A stretch of DNA of 64,000 bases from assembly GCA_036229005.1 (NCBI GenBank), contig JAZAMN010000020.1:1-64000 (forward strand), read 5' to 3'. A model generated the notes under the pieces. It ran no database searches. It had not been told where the DNA came from and was given only the letters and a program-made list of their open reading frames with translations. Shown piece by piece: positions 17,106-27,195 of this stretch; within the stretch, counting starts at the first letter, position 1; the number at the start of each line of letters is the position of its first letter. This DNA comes from Myxococcota bacterium (GTDB lineage Bacteria > Myxococcota_A > UBA796 > CAJQPC01). The position numbers were made by a program, and so were the translations under genes.

Positions 17106-20100
17106 CAGCCTTCCTCCAAATCGAGGCTCGTCATGATCGCCTTCGCCGCGTCGCGGATTTTCGTTCCTGCGGCTTTCAGATCCTCGGGGGCGCTGCTGGC
17201 ATCGTCTCCAGCGTCCTTCAACAGCGTTTCGACGTAACCCCACAATGCGTCCACGGTATCGGCGGCAGCAGACACTTGCTGCCCGAGGAAAGCTAGGTCT
17301 GCCGCGGGAGCTTTGATGACCCACGCCAACCTCTTGGTGGGGTCGGCTGCTTCCAGCACTTCGAGTTCATCGGTATCGGTGAAATCGAAGACGAACTCGT
17401 CCAGGCTGGCTAGCAGGTCGTCGCCTTCCCCCATCTGCTTGTCCTTCAGCTTGGAAAGGACGTCATACCAGCGGCTCACCAGGTGGTTCGGGCACTTTGG
17501 ATCCTGCTCATGGAGCGTCGATACGACCTGTTGGACATCACGCAGGTACTGGGGCAGGCTACGGCCAGAGCACCTCGACTCAAGGCCCTCCAGCACGCGC
17601 CGGATTCGCTTGAACTCATGGTCAGGCAGCGCGGGTACTACCCGTCGGGTGAGACGACCGATGTCCGCGATTGAACTCCAGATTAATAGGGCTTGGGGAA
17701 GGTCGGGGTTCTTTGGGGGCAAGTCTGGTTCGAGGCGATGAGCCATCGATACGAAGGCTGCGGCGATGGAACCCGCATCAACGATGCCGCGATCATCCGT
17801 TCCCGCACCGCGGGTGAGTTGAATCCAGGCTCGTAGCATTTCACGAAAACGTACCTGGTATGCGCCAGTCCGCCGTACGAGTTCGCCCCATCCTTCAGTC
17901 CGCCCGGTCGAGCTCAACGCCCCTCCGGCGTCCGGTCCGAGGATCGCTTCCCATTGGTCCGCAATGGGGGCATCGACGGATACTTGTCCTCGCAGCCACG
18001 CTCGAGTCAACAGGACCTGGGCGGCGGTGCCTGCGGGATTCCACATCTCGCCTGCGGGAGTCTTCAACATCCTCTCTTCGATGTGGGCGAGGACGAGTCG
18101 TTTCAGGCGACGCTGAAAGCGAGCAAACTGACGGCGGTGGAACTCGGCATCCCCGTCCTTTGCCCTCAGGGCGAGCCACGCGTCCAGGCCATGCGCTACC
18201 CAACCCTCTCTTGGTACTACGAAGTGCCGGACGTCGGTCGTTCGCGTTCCCTCCAAGGCGACGGAGGACTTGGTGAACAACGTCTGGCGAACCCAAAGCG
18301 GGACGCCCATGACCTGCCAGGGAAGCCCGTCCAGCACCTCCATCAGTAGGAGTGACCACTGCTCGCCATGTTTGGTGCCGCCAACTGTCGCCCAGTTTCG
18401 AAGATCGGTCCGAAGGTCCGACATCTTGCCCGTGGATACGCGCGCCGGCCTGTTGCTCGACTTCTCGTTGCGAGAACGCCGCTTCGTCGAGCGTGCTCTG
18501 GAGGCTTCGTCAGTACTTTCTTCGGTTTCCTCTTCGGCTCCCCGCTCGGTCCGACTCTGCGCCTGGTCGTACGAGTTCTGCTCTCGCGCCTCCACCGCGA
18601 GGGAAGCGTCGCCAAGCCAGGGAAGCCCGAAGGCCTCGAAGGTCTCGCGCGGAATTCCAGCGAAGCTTAGGTTGCCGTCCGCGTCGTGCTCCGTCTGGGC
18701 GCCGGGGTTCTGCGAAGCCCACCAGGCGATGAGTCGGCGGACTCGAGCCTGGTCTCCAGGAGTCTCCAGCAGGTCGGGCACCCTGGCGGCTGGACCCAGC
18801 AGAAAGCCGCGCTCTTTGGGAAGGTACTCGCCCTCGAGGTTCGATGGAGGGAATTCCCCTTGCTCAAGTCTCTCCGGGTGAAACAGGAGCGGCGAGAGCA
18901 CGTGTTGGACCATGCCGCGGGGCGTACGAAGTCCCATCGTGCCTTGGGGGTCATGCAAGGCATCGAAGATGCGGTCGATCGCCCTTGGCGACAGGGGATA
19001 GAAGCCGACCCCGGAATGTGTTGCCCCGAATGCCCGGTGACACGGGTCTCGATGCGGGCACGTCAGGCAAACGTTGGGGACGCTCCCACCGCCAGCCTCG
19101 TCCCAATTCTGGATTCGCTCGACACCCGCACGAATCGCGCGGAGATAGTTGGCCGCGAACTCTTGTCGTCCAGCAGCCGAGCCCAGCGCCAGGCCGGTGT
19201 CCACTTCTCCACTGGTTCCGTCTCCTAGATGGATGTGAAGGGCAATCCGCTCCCTGAGGTTGCCGTAGCTCTTCATCGAGCGGTTGAAGAAGTCGGTTGT
19301 GATACCGACGACACTCAGCAGGTCGCAAAGAGACTCGCTGCCCTCGGTGGAACTCTTCGCGATGAGCACGTCCAGGAGTTGGCTGTCTACGCCCTGGAAG
19401 CTTGTGATGTCTTCCAAGAGGAGGACCAATCGACGGTTCTCCCGTGCGAGTTGAGCACGCAGCCCGCGAAAGGCTCGAGTCAGGCCATCGCGACCTACGC
19501 CGACGAGATCTTGGACAACCGCATTGAATCGGGCGTCCAACGCTTCTCGAAGCCTGAAGAGCATGGGGGCTACCTTCTCGGCTTCCGCCTCCAACTCCGC
19601 GGGGGGACGGCCAGAGTCCAGCAAGTTGCCGAGTTCGTCCGCCTCCTTCTGGAATTTGCGGCTTGCCTGAATGGCCTTGGGGCCGACAGAACGATCACGT
19701 ACCGCCCTCAGTTTCAACGCCAACTCGTGCACGTCTTCGATGGTGAAGCTTTCGACGCGTGAGTTGCGTTCTGACCCTCCTGCAAGGGTCTCAAGGATGC
19801 GATTCGGGGCTGACCATTCCCCGAGTACGAGGTGGTGCCCCACAAGGCGATTCAGCTGATACTTCGCCGCCCACTCGGCATGGATGGGGGCCTCGCCGGC
19901 GAAGTAGTCTGGGCTTAGGCTGTTCGCGAGCTTGCTATGGAAGTCTCGTGCTCGGCCCTCCAATGTGGTGTCGTGGACCTTTCCAAGGCCGGCAAAAAGA
20001 CCCTGGTAGCTGCTCGGAAGGCCTGAGCGCATTTCTCGCAGCACCCCCTCCAAGCTGCCGTTGCTCCTTGGGACTGGAAGGACCAGGTCGTCGGGGCGTC

Positions 20101-20386
20101 GCGTCTTCCACTGGAACTCCAGCCAGCGGATTAGATGCGACTTCCCGGAGCCCGGCTCCCCCTCGACAACACAGAACAGGTGGCTGTGGTCTGGGCCGGT
20201 CAATGCGTCCAACAGGCCATCTTCGCTGTCTTCACTCAAGAGGCCTGCGTTAACCCCCGCCGTCGTGAAGCCTTGGATGGGTGAGTGAACCGCCATGAAG
20301 ATGGCTCGCGTTCCTTCCAACGCTTCGGTTCTAAGCACAGCGGCCGCATCACGCGCCGTCCAGCACGCGTAGTTGCGAAAGGTCAC
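17105..20386 (-). CDS. dpdH: P-loop ATPase, DpdH-like
   Basis: Walker A GEPGSGKSHLIRWL, Walker B LVLLLEDIT, CLTCPHRDPCH and FYPLS. Downstream of dpdG. Confidence 0.75.
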   Translation of the reverse strand: MTFRNYACWTARDAAAVLRTEALEGTRAIFMAVHSPIQGFTTAGVNAGLLSEDSEDGLLDALTGPDHSHLFCVVEGEPGSGKSHLIRWLEFQWKTRRPDDLVLPVPRSNGSLEGVLREMRSGLPSSYQGLFAGLGKVHDTTLEGRARDFHSKLANSLSPDYFAGEAPIHAEWAAKYQLNRLVGHHLVLGEWSAPNRILETLAGGSERNSRVESFTIEDVHELALKLRAVRDRSVGPKAIQASRKFQKEADELGNLLDSGRPPAELEAEAEKVAPMLFRLREALDARFNAVVQDLVGVGRDGLTRAFRGLRAQLARENRRLVLLLEDITSFQGVDSQLLDVLIAKSSTEGSESLCDLLSVVGITTDFFNRSMKSYGNLRERIALHIHLGDGTSGEVDTGLALGSAAGRQEFAANYLRAIRAGVERIQNWDEAGGGSVPNVCLTCPHRDPCHRAFGATHSGVGFYPLSPRAIDRIFDALHDPQGTMGLRTPRGMVQHVLSPLLFHPERLEQGEFPPSNLEGEYLPKERGFLLGPAARVPDLLETPGDQARVRRLIAWWASQNPGAQTEHDADGNLSFAGIPRETFEAFGLPWLGDASLAVEAREQNSYDQAQSRTERGAEEETEESTDEASRARSTKRRSRNEKSSNRPARVSTGKMSDLRTDLRNWATVGGTKHGEQWSLLLMEVLDGLPWQVMGVPLWVRQTLFTKSSVALEGTRTTDVRHFVVPREGWVAHGLDAWLALRAKDGDAEFHRRQFARFQRRLKRLVLAHIEERMLKTPAGEMWNPAGTAAQVLLTRAWLRGQVSVDAPIADQWEAILGPDAGGALSSTGRTEGWGELVRRTGAYQVRFREMLRAWIQLTRGAGTDDRGIVDAGSIAAAFVSMAHRLEPDLPPKNPDLPQALLIWSSIADIGRLTRRVVPALPDHEFKRIRRVLEGLESRCSGRSLPQYLRDVQQVVSTLHEQDPKCPNHLVSRWYDVLSKLKDKQMGEGDDLLASLDEFVFDFTDTDELEVLEAADPTKRLAWVIKAPAADLAFLGQQVSAAADTVDALWGYVETLLKDAGDDASSAPEDLKAAGTKIRDAAKAIMTSLDLEEG

Positions 20387-21273
20387 GGCGCCCCTCCATC
20401 GAGAAGTACGACTCCGACGAACGATTTCACCGGGCTCGTCGCGTCGCCGACGAGACTGAGTGCATCAGGGGCGTCTGCTCGGGACACGAGACGCAGGACG
20501 CCGTCGTCGTGGAGGTCGAGCAGGGCCTCGCTCACCACTCGGCTTACCCACCCTGGGCGCAACCGATACCCCATCTTCGATGAGATTTCCTCCGACACAG
20601 CTCCGTGGTCTAGGTAGGGCATCCTGGCGGCCAGGAGGGACATGAACGTGCTCGCCGGTATCTCCCCAGTAGTACCGCTCTCGCTGCGCAGCTTCGGCAA
20701 CTCCCGCAGGATGCGTTCGGCGGGCTGTGGGAAGAAGGTCGGTAGTGCCGGCCCACCTTCGAATCCCAATCCGAGCGCAAGCATCCACGCCCGCCAGGGG
20801 GCAATCTTCGTTGGATTGAAGAGTCGCGTTTCGATGTCTTCGCCGGTGCGAAGAACTTCATCGATTCGGTCAGCGATTTGCTTGTCAGACTGCTCTGCGA
20901 GCCAGGAGGTCCCGTCGGTGCGCTCGGTCTCTAGCACCACGCAAGCGTACGCCCTCATCATGACAATGTCGGCGTCCGAGGGCTGATCTCTGAGCATACC
21001 GTGGGCAAGATCTGAGAACGACGGAAGACTGTCTGGCAGAACCTCTACCTGCAGCGCGATCTCGCTACCATCGTCCCGAACCACGCCGAGGCTCCGAGCG
21101 GCACCAATGGTCTGCCGCACTTGGACGAGCGACTTCTCGTTTTCGCGGAACGATGCGGGCATCATCCAGGTCTCGACTTCATCTCTGCGGGCTTGTCCTC
21201 CGAGCGCATCGAGCAGTCGACACAGGGACCACACGCGCTCAGGCCGGCCTTGGGTGTCTGAAAGCAGGCTCAT
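20383..21273 (-). CDS. dpdG: DpdG-like protein
   Basis: W..W...LGLG, RMPYLDHG and SEALLDLHDDGVLRL..RADA. Lies between the dpdF-like and dpdH-like genes with 4-nt overlaps. Confidence 0.7.
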   Translation of the reverse strand: MSLLSDTQGRPERVWSLCRLLDALGGQARRDEVETWMMPASFRENEKSLVQVRQTIGAARSLGVVRDDGSEIALQVEVLPDSLPSFSDLAHGMLRDQPSDADIVMMRAYACVVLETERTDGTSWLAEQSDKQIADRIDEVLRTGEDIETRLFNPTKIAPWRAWMLALGLGFEGGPALPTFFPQPAERILRELPKLRSESGTTGEIPASTFMSLLAARMPYLDHGAVSEEISSKMGYRLRPGWVSRVVSEALLDLHDDGVLRLVSRADAPDALSLVGDATSPVKSFVGVVLLDGGAP

Positions 21274-23855
21274 GAGGGGACTCCAAGCTGGTCTACGATG
21301 CTGTCGCTTCGCAGCGGCGTGTGTGGTGACGCAACCGAGCTAATCGGCCGGCCACCGATGTTCAGATCGAATGGGACCACGAAAACGAGGCCTGTCTCGG
21401 GGGTGGTCAGCACCTGTCGTCGCACTGCCTCATACGCTCGCGTGCGATGCGTCGCACTCATAGATGCATCCAGGAAGAGCGCGCTGGGGACCGAGAGCGC
21501 CGACCATTTGCCCTTCACAATCGCCTCGGCCTCGAGCACCAAGCCGGCACACCTGGTTCGACCCGCGAGCACCCCGGCTGTCCTTGTTGCCAATGCCTCT
21601 GGAACGATGAACTGGGCGATTCCCACTTGCGCTAGGCGCTCAACCAAGCTGTCCAGGCCGACGTATTCGTCATCTCGTGTGAACAACAGCCTTGTGCCTT
21701 GAAATGCCGTCTTTGGCACGTCTGGCGAGTTCCAGCGGGCTCGTCCACCTTGATGCATCGCGTTGCGAGGAGGTTCGGCCTGGAGCTTTCGGCACGCCAC
21801 ACAGCGGCCGCAAGCCTCTGGAATCTCACTGCTCGTCTCGACCTGTTCGAATAGCGCGACAAGAAGACAGGGGTATTCGTTGAGGGCGTCCAGGTTGTCT
21901 TCGTCGTCGCTCTGGATCAGCCCGACAGATCGGATGAGTGAAAGAAGTGCGCCAACCCGGCTTCTAGCCGCGGTCACTTCTAGGGCTCGCTTGGCCAGAT
22001 ACTCGCGTAGAGCGGCATCCGCGGAGGTTTCCAGGTCGAGCAGCCTAGGGTCGTTCACGCGCACCGCGCACCGATCGCGCTCCTCCTCCATCGCAAGCAC
22101 ATCCAAGGCGCCATACCGCTGCAGTTGGACAAGAAGTGCCTTGTTCCAGCGGCGATGGTGCTGCCCTGTCCGAGGTCCTAGACGCTCGAGGTGAGCATCG
22201 AGTTTTGCTCGAACGAGGAAGCCATTGACGCTCGGTTCAACCCGGCCCGCGCCACGCGCTTCTTCAATCATTGAGAGCCATCGTTCCTTCGCCTTCTCTG
22301 GCGTGAGCACGCCTCCTGTGCCCATTCGAACTGCCAGCCCCTCGTCCTCCTGTGCCGAAAGAACGACTGCGATGGCCTGGTGGCCATCTCGACCACCACG
22401 GCCGATCTCTTGGTACAGGCGCGAGGCGTCCTCCGGCAGGCAGGCGTGAAGCACGGCCCGGACATCTGACTTGTCGATCCCCATGCCAAAGGCCGAAGTC
22501 GCGACCACCAAGTCTATCTTGCCGTCCTGCCACCCCTCGATGGCGATAGTGCGCTCGTCGGGGCCTGTGTCGCCGGTGAACACCGCCACCCGTTCGTGCC
22601 CCCGAGTCCGAAGGATCTCGCCGAGCGCCTCGGCATCTGCCACCTCAGTCGTGTAGATGATCGCGGGCCTGGGAAGTACATCGACGGTCGCCAGAACGGC
22701 TTCCCGACGAGTCGCGGATCTCCCGAAATGCTGAAGGCACAGGTCGAACTCTGTGCGAGGCGACTGCGCAGCAACCTCAAGGAGTTCACCGCCAGTGCTG
22801 TACTGCTGCTGAAGAAGCTGTTTGGCATCGGCATCGACAGTGGCCGACAGCAGGATGGTTCGGAGTCCCTCATTCTTGCGCTTGAGGTCGCGGAGCAATC
22901 CGGGCAGTCGCTGGAAGTCGGGCCGAAAGCTTCGACCCCAGCTGTGCACGATGTGGACCTCATCGACGAACACCGCTGCCAGCCTTCCACGTTCTGCCAG
23001 TGGGCGGGACTCGACGCTTCCAGCGGCGCGGCAGAGTGTGTCCCGGGCGGTTCCCAACGCCGCCTCGGGAGACGTAAGGAGGATCGGGACTTCGCCGCGA
23101 AGCAGTGAAATGAAGAGGTCGTCTCTCTCCGTAGGGGTCATCGAACCCGTGAGCGCGCGGCTGCCTTCGAGGCCTGGCATGCCGCGGAGCGTGAGGAGGT
23201 GGGCTTCGGCAAGAGCTAGAGTGGGTACGACCACCAAGAGCCAGGGCTTCTCCGTCTCAGCCGTGCTCTCGTCCCACCAGCGGGAACCCAGCTGAAACAG
23301 CAGGCTCTTCCCAGTACCAGTGGGCATCGTGGCCAAAAGGCACTCTCCAGGGGGCATGGTGCAGAGTGCGCGGGTTGCAGACTTCTGGGCGCAGCTTCGA
23401 TAGGTGGCGTACTCGGAGCATCGAAGGAGGACGCCGTCTGGCGGTTCCTCCTTCACTACTCGCCTTGGGGTGGGGTCGACAGGAAGGGCGCGATCGAGCT
23501 GCTCTTTAAGAGCACTTGGTAGTTCCCGGAATGCGGCCGGGTCCGTGAGGCGCACCAAGACGTCGCTTGCCGATCGCGTTGCCCTGATTCCGAATCGGCG
23601 GAGTACGACGTCGTCGATGCTCCCTGGAACCCACTCGGGGACTTTCATGGAGCCGCCATGGAGGCGCGCCAGCTCTCTCAACCACGCAGCCCGGTCCGCC
23701 CCGGTACTCAATGCGAACCGCTGCCAGGCGCGGCCGATTGCCACTTCGAGCCAGCGTCCAGCGCCGTCTGGCGCGGCAGCCTCGGTTGTCCGGCTGTCTT
23801 CCACCGCCGCCAGAAGGTCGGCGAGGGAGGTGAATGTGTGCCAATCGCTACGCAC
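21270..23855 (-). CDS. dpdF: RecQ-like helicase DpdF
   Basis: MPTGTGKS, VDEVHIVHSWGRSFRPDF, LLSAT, ATSAFGMGIDKSDVR, YQEIGRGGRDG and CGRCVAC. Confidence 0.85.
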   Translation of the reverse strand: MRSDWHTFTSLADLLAAVEDSRTTEAAAPDGAGRWLEVAIGRAWQRFALSTGADRAAWLRELARLHGGSMKVPEWVPGSIDDVVLRRFGIRATRSASDVLVRLTDPAAFRELPSALKEQLDRALPVDPTPRRVVKEEPPDGVLLRCSEYATYRSCAQKSATRALCTMPPGECLLATMPTGTGKSLLFQLGSRWWDESTAETEKPWLLVVVPTLALAEAHLLTLRGMPGLEGSRALTGSMTPTERDDLFISLLRGEVPILLTSPEAALGTARDTLCRAAGSVESRPLAERGRLAAVFVDEVHIVHSWGRSFRPDFQRLPGLLRDLKRKNEGLRTILLSATVDADAKQLLQQQYSTGGELLEVAAQSPRTEFDLCLQHFGRSATRREAVLATVDVLPRPAIIYTTEVADAEALGEILRTRGHERVAVFTGDTGPDERTIAIEGWQDGKIDLVVATSAFGMGIDKSDVRAVLHACLPEDASRLYQEIGRGGRDGHQAIAVVLSAQEDEGLAVRMGTGGVLTPEKAKERWLSMIEEARGAGRVEPSVNGFLVRAKLDAHLERLGPRTGQHHRRWNKALLVQLQRYGALDVLAMEEERDRCAVRVNDPRLLDLETSADAALREYLAKRALEVTAARSRVGALLSLIRSVGLIQSDDEDNLDALNEYPCLLVALFEQVETSSEIPEACGRCVACRKLQAEPPRNAMHQGGRARWNSPDVPKTAFQGTRLLFTRDDEYVGLDSLVERLAQVGIAQFIVPEALATRTAGVLAGRTRCAGLVLEAEAIVKGKWSALSVPSALFLDASMSATHRTRAYEAVRRQVLTTPETGLVFVVPFDLNIGGRPISSVASPHTPLRSDSIVDQLGVPS

Positions 23856-23859
23856 GCCG

Positions 23860-26800
23860 TCAGTCCCCGATCACCACGCAGACGCCCTCGAGGACCAGGT
23901 GGGCCTCACGCACGCTTCGCAGGATTCGTTCTCGTAGGTTGAGCTCCTCTTCTGCGTCTGCCTGGGTCTCCACGCCACGAGCGATTTGTCCGTGGTAATA
24001 CCCGATTTCGGTCCGCATCGATTCCTCGAGTTCCTCTGCCGCTTCCTCTTTCAAAGGGGCGAGGTTGGCCTCGAGCGCCGCATGCCCCGTCGCGACCGCT
24101 GCTCGAACCGCCGCCCACAGGGTCGCGGGCTCGTAGGTCCCGATCACCTGGTCGACATCCAGTGACCTGTCTCCCTTGTCTCGCTCGTAGATTCGGGTGA
24201 GTTCCTGTCGAGTCTTGAAGTCGCGGACAACCTCCGGCTCGCTGCCGTCCATCTTGACCTCAACGCACGCAGTGTCAGCGGATGGCCACAAGAACCGATG
24301 TGCGCGAGTCTTGAGCCCGGCGGGTATGGCGTGGTCTGGCCAATGCTCTCTACGCAGCAGGTTGCTTCCGAGGCAGACGACGAACACGCGTCCGCGCAGG
24401 TCCCTGCCGAGCCTTCGCAGCATCACAGCGGCACGGCCGCGGGAGCTGATTGGGAGGGCCGCCAGTGCAGCGTCTACCAGTCGATGCCCAGGACCAAAGA
24501 ACTGGAGGGACTCGTCCCGTAGTGCTTGACTTCGGTTGAACGTGCCGTAGGGGGTAGACCCGTCGCGATTCCCGTAGCCTCGGAGCGGCTCCGACAGCCC
24601 CTCCGCTGTCCATTGGAAGCTGATCGTCCCACGGGATCGGTCACGACGGTTGCGTACTCCGATGCTGCCGAGCCAGTGGCGCACCATACGCTCCTCCTCA
24701 TCGGAGGCCGGCTCCTCGAGCATCTCCGCAAGCTCCTGCGCTTGCTTCAGTTGTTCCCGGGATGAGTCCAACGAGAGCTCGAAGTCCTCGTCTACATCTG
24801 CCAGCGTGGCCTCCACCTCGGACTGCATTGTGTCCGCAAGTTGCGCCAGCGGAACGCCTCGACCAAAGCCCTCCCGTAGCGACCGCTGCAAACGAGGCAG
24901 GACGAACTCGAGACCACCCACCGAGGCCGTGAACACGCCGAATACCTTCTCATGGAGATCTTGTAGCGCTTGCTCGAAAGTGCTTGGACCGCGAACCAGT
25001 ATTGAGCGTACAGGGCGGGAGTCTTCTCTCCCCATTCGGTCGAGTCGCCCGATTCGCTGCTCGATCCTGCCGACAGAGAAGGGCGTGTCGAGGTGGACAA
25101 CCCAGTCGGCGACCTGGAAGTTGCGTCCTTCCCCGCCAAGCTCATCGCTTACGAGCACTCGAAGGTCAGGACTCCTTTGGAATCGAAGGGCGATCCTCTC
25201 GAGTTCGTCGTGGTCCTGACCGTGGTGGAAGGTGTCCACACCCAGTGAAGGCTCGAGCTTGGCGAGCAATGCGGCAAACTCTTCCACGATGGTTCGTCTC
25301 TGCGCGAAAACCAGCACCTTCGCCGCTCGCTCACTCGCAAGCGCTTCCGCAAGGTGCTGGCAGAGCGCGCGGTGCCGCGCGTTGCCCAGACCCTCTGCGA
25401 GTTCCCACTCGCGCACGAGGCCGATTCCCTGTTCCAACCACTCGAGCTCGCCCGGGAGGGGCGGCGCGCAGTAGAGAAGCTGATCGCGAAGCAACCCCTC
25501 CTCGTCGGGGCCCGGGTCAGAACTCAGTGACTCGGCGATAGCTTCCGGGTCCAGTTCGCTTGTTTGACCTATACCACCCAGTCTCTGCTCAAGGGTGGCG
25601 AGCGCTGAGCTGGCGCCGGCTGTCACACCTTCGACGATCGCGATCCGCAGCCAGGCCTGTGCCGAGCTGTAGGCAGTGGGTACGTCCAAGCGCTCGAGGT
25701 GTTCGACCACCAGAATCTCGGGAGGGCTCGGTCGGTATTCAAGGTGCTGCAGTTCGCGGGGTGCGAAGGCTGTACCGAGGTACCCGAGGGTTCGTCGACG
25801 AGTTCGGAGGATTCGGTGGTCGATTCGGTAGTTCTCCTGGACGTAGGCGACAAGCTCGTCGAGTGCTTGAGTCTCGCCATCCAAGGCACGCTTCAAGAAT
25901 GCGGCGACCTCGGGTTCCTCGGGGAGGGCGTCCTGCCAGTCCTCGACGATGAACTCGATGTCGTCTGCGTCTGGCTCCCCATCCTCCGACTCCTGACGTG
26001 CCGCTGCGAGGATGTCCGTCGTCGCGTTCAACACTCCCCAAACTTGTCGACGCTCGTCCATTCGGTGCCGAAGCAGTTCGACGTCGCTGGGCGAGTAGCT
26101 TTCGGGCGCCACCAGACTGAGCAGACCAGCGAGACCGCGTAATTCGCGTTTGGAGGGGGTTGCGGAGAGGGCGAGGAAGCCGGGACTGCGTGCAGCCAAT
26201 GCCTGAAGCGTCCCAAAGAGTGGATGACCTGGCGGGAGTTGGTGTGCTTCATCGACAACGACGAGGTCCCAGAGTCGGGTTGTGATCGCCTCCCGCAACT
26301 CAGCATTCTCGAGGAGGGCGGTGGAGGAGACGATCAATCGGCTCGCTGAAATCACGCGTCTCCGCTCTCTTGCCGAGGCAACCTGCAACTGTCCCGCAGA
26401 GACATGAGCGAATGCTCGGCCGCCAAAACGGAGGTACAGCTCGAACAGCCACTGGCGACTCATCGAGCCTGGTGCGACGACAAGGACTCTCAACTCCGGG
26501 TCTGATGAGAGGAGCGCCTGGATGACCAGACCGGCCTCAATGGTCTTTCCCAAACCAACCTCATCTGCCAGCACGAAGCGAGGAACACGGTCCTGGAGGA
26601 TGCGCTGCGCAGCGTGGAGCTGATGAGCCAGTGGCCGGATGCGTGCTCCTCGCAACGTAGGCAGGCCCTCGGACGCCTCGAACCATTGAGCCCAAGTCGC
26701 CGCTAGCCCCGCGCGCGCAAAAAAATCGTGCGGCTCAGTCCACCGAAGGCACTCAAGGAAACTCACGACATCCGAATTGACTGGCGGCAACGGTACCAAA

Positions 26801-27108
26801 TGGCTCTCAGGAACGCTCCTCTCGGACGTGCCGTCAGAAATCAACGCGTGGCGGCAGGATGTCTCCGACCGATACACCTCATTGATCTCGAATTGAGTTC
26901 GGTCGTAGGACTTGAGACAGACCTTCTGCCCACGGTAGAGCGGAAATTGGGCAAGAGCCTGGAGTTGTACCCGAAGATTCGCACCGCCGTGAAGTGCCTC
27001 GACCTCGGCGACGCCTCCAGGCCCACAGTGGACCAGACGGACAGGCCCCAGCGCATCGTTGTTTCGCAGTCTAAGCAGATTGCCTGGAACCACCGGGTAC
27101 ACCCCCAT
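23860..27108 (-). CDS. dpdE: SNF2/RapA-like helicase DpdE
   Basis: PLAHQ, LADEVGLGKTIEAG, VVDEAH, LSATP, GGEGRNFQ and EQRIGRLDR. First gene of the minus-strand dpd operon. Confidence 0.85.
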   Translation of the reverse strand: MGVYPVVPGNLLRLRNNDALGPVRLVHCGPGGVAEVEALHGGANLRVQLQALAQFPLYRGQKVCLKSYDRTQFEINEVYRSETSCRHALISDGTSERSVPESHLVPLPPVNSDVVSFLECLRWTEPHDFFARAGLAATWAQWFEASEGLPTLRGARIRPLAHQLHAAQRILQDRVPRFVLADEVGLGKTIEAGLVIQALLSSDPELRVLVVAPGSMSRQWLFELYLRFGGRAFAHVSAGQLQVASARERRRVISASRLIVSSTALLENAELREAITTRLWDLVVVDEAHQLPPGHPLFGTLQALAARSPGFLALSATPSKRELRGLAGLLSLVAPESYSPSDVELLRHRMDERRQVWGVLNATTDILAAARQESEDGEPDADDIEFIVEDWQDALPEEPEVAAFLKRALDGETQALDELVAYVQENYRIDHRILRTRRRTLGYLGTAFAPRELQHLEYRPSPPEILVVEHLERLDVPTAYSSAQAWLRIAIVEGVTAGASSALATLEQRLGGIGQTSELDPEAIAESLSSDPGPDEEGLLRDQLLYCAPPLPGELEWLEQGIGLVREWELAEGLGNARHRALCQHLAEALASERAAKVLVFAQRRTIVEEFAALLAKLEPSLGVDTFHHGQDHDELERIALRFQRSPDLRVLVSDELGGEGRNFQVADWVVHLDTPFSVGRIEQRIGRLDRMGREDSRPVRSILVRGPSTFEQALQDLHEKVFGVFTASVGGLEFVLPRLQRSLREGFGRGVPLAQLADTMQSEVEATLADVDEDFELSLDSSREQLKQAQELAEMLEEPASDEEERMVRHWLGSIGVRNRRDRSRGTISFQWTAEGLSEPLRGYGNRDGSTPYGTFNRSQALRDESLQFFGPGHRLVDAALAALPISSRGRAAVMLRRLGRDLRGRVFVVCLGSNLLRREHWPDHAIPAGLKTRAHRFLWPSADTACVEVKMDGSEPEVVRDFKTRQELTRIYERDKGDRSLDVDQVIGTYEPATLWAAVRAAVATGHAALEANLAPLKEEAAEELEESMRTEIGYYHGQIARGVETQADAEEELNLRERILRSVREAHLVLEGVCVVIGD

Positions 27109-27195
27109 TCAAGGCTGGAGTCAAGCCGACCTTAGCACATGCGTTTGGGACCGACGCTTCCAGATGACCCGACCTGCTCCTGTCTGACACCGGTC

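Noticed and set aside
9895..27108. DISARM, Druantia or BREX assignment for the helicase cluster
   Set aside because: No methyltransferase or PglZ. The order SNF2, RecQ, small protein, ATPase next to dpdA fits dpdE-F-G-H better.
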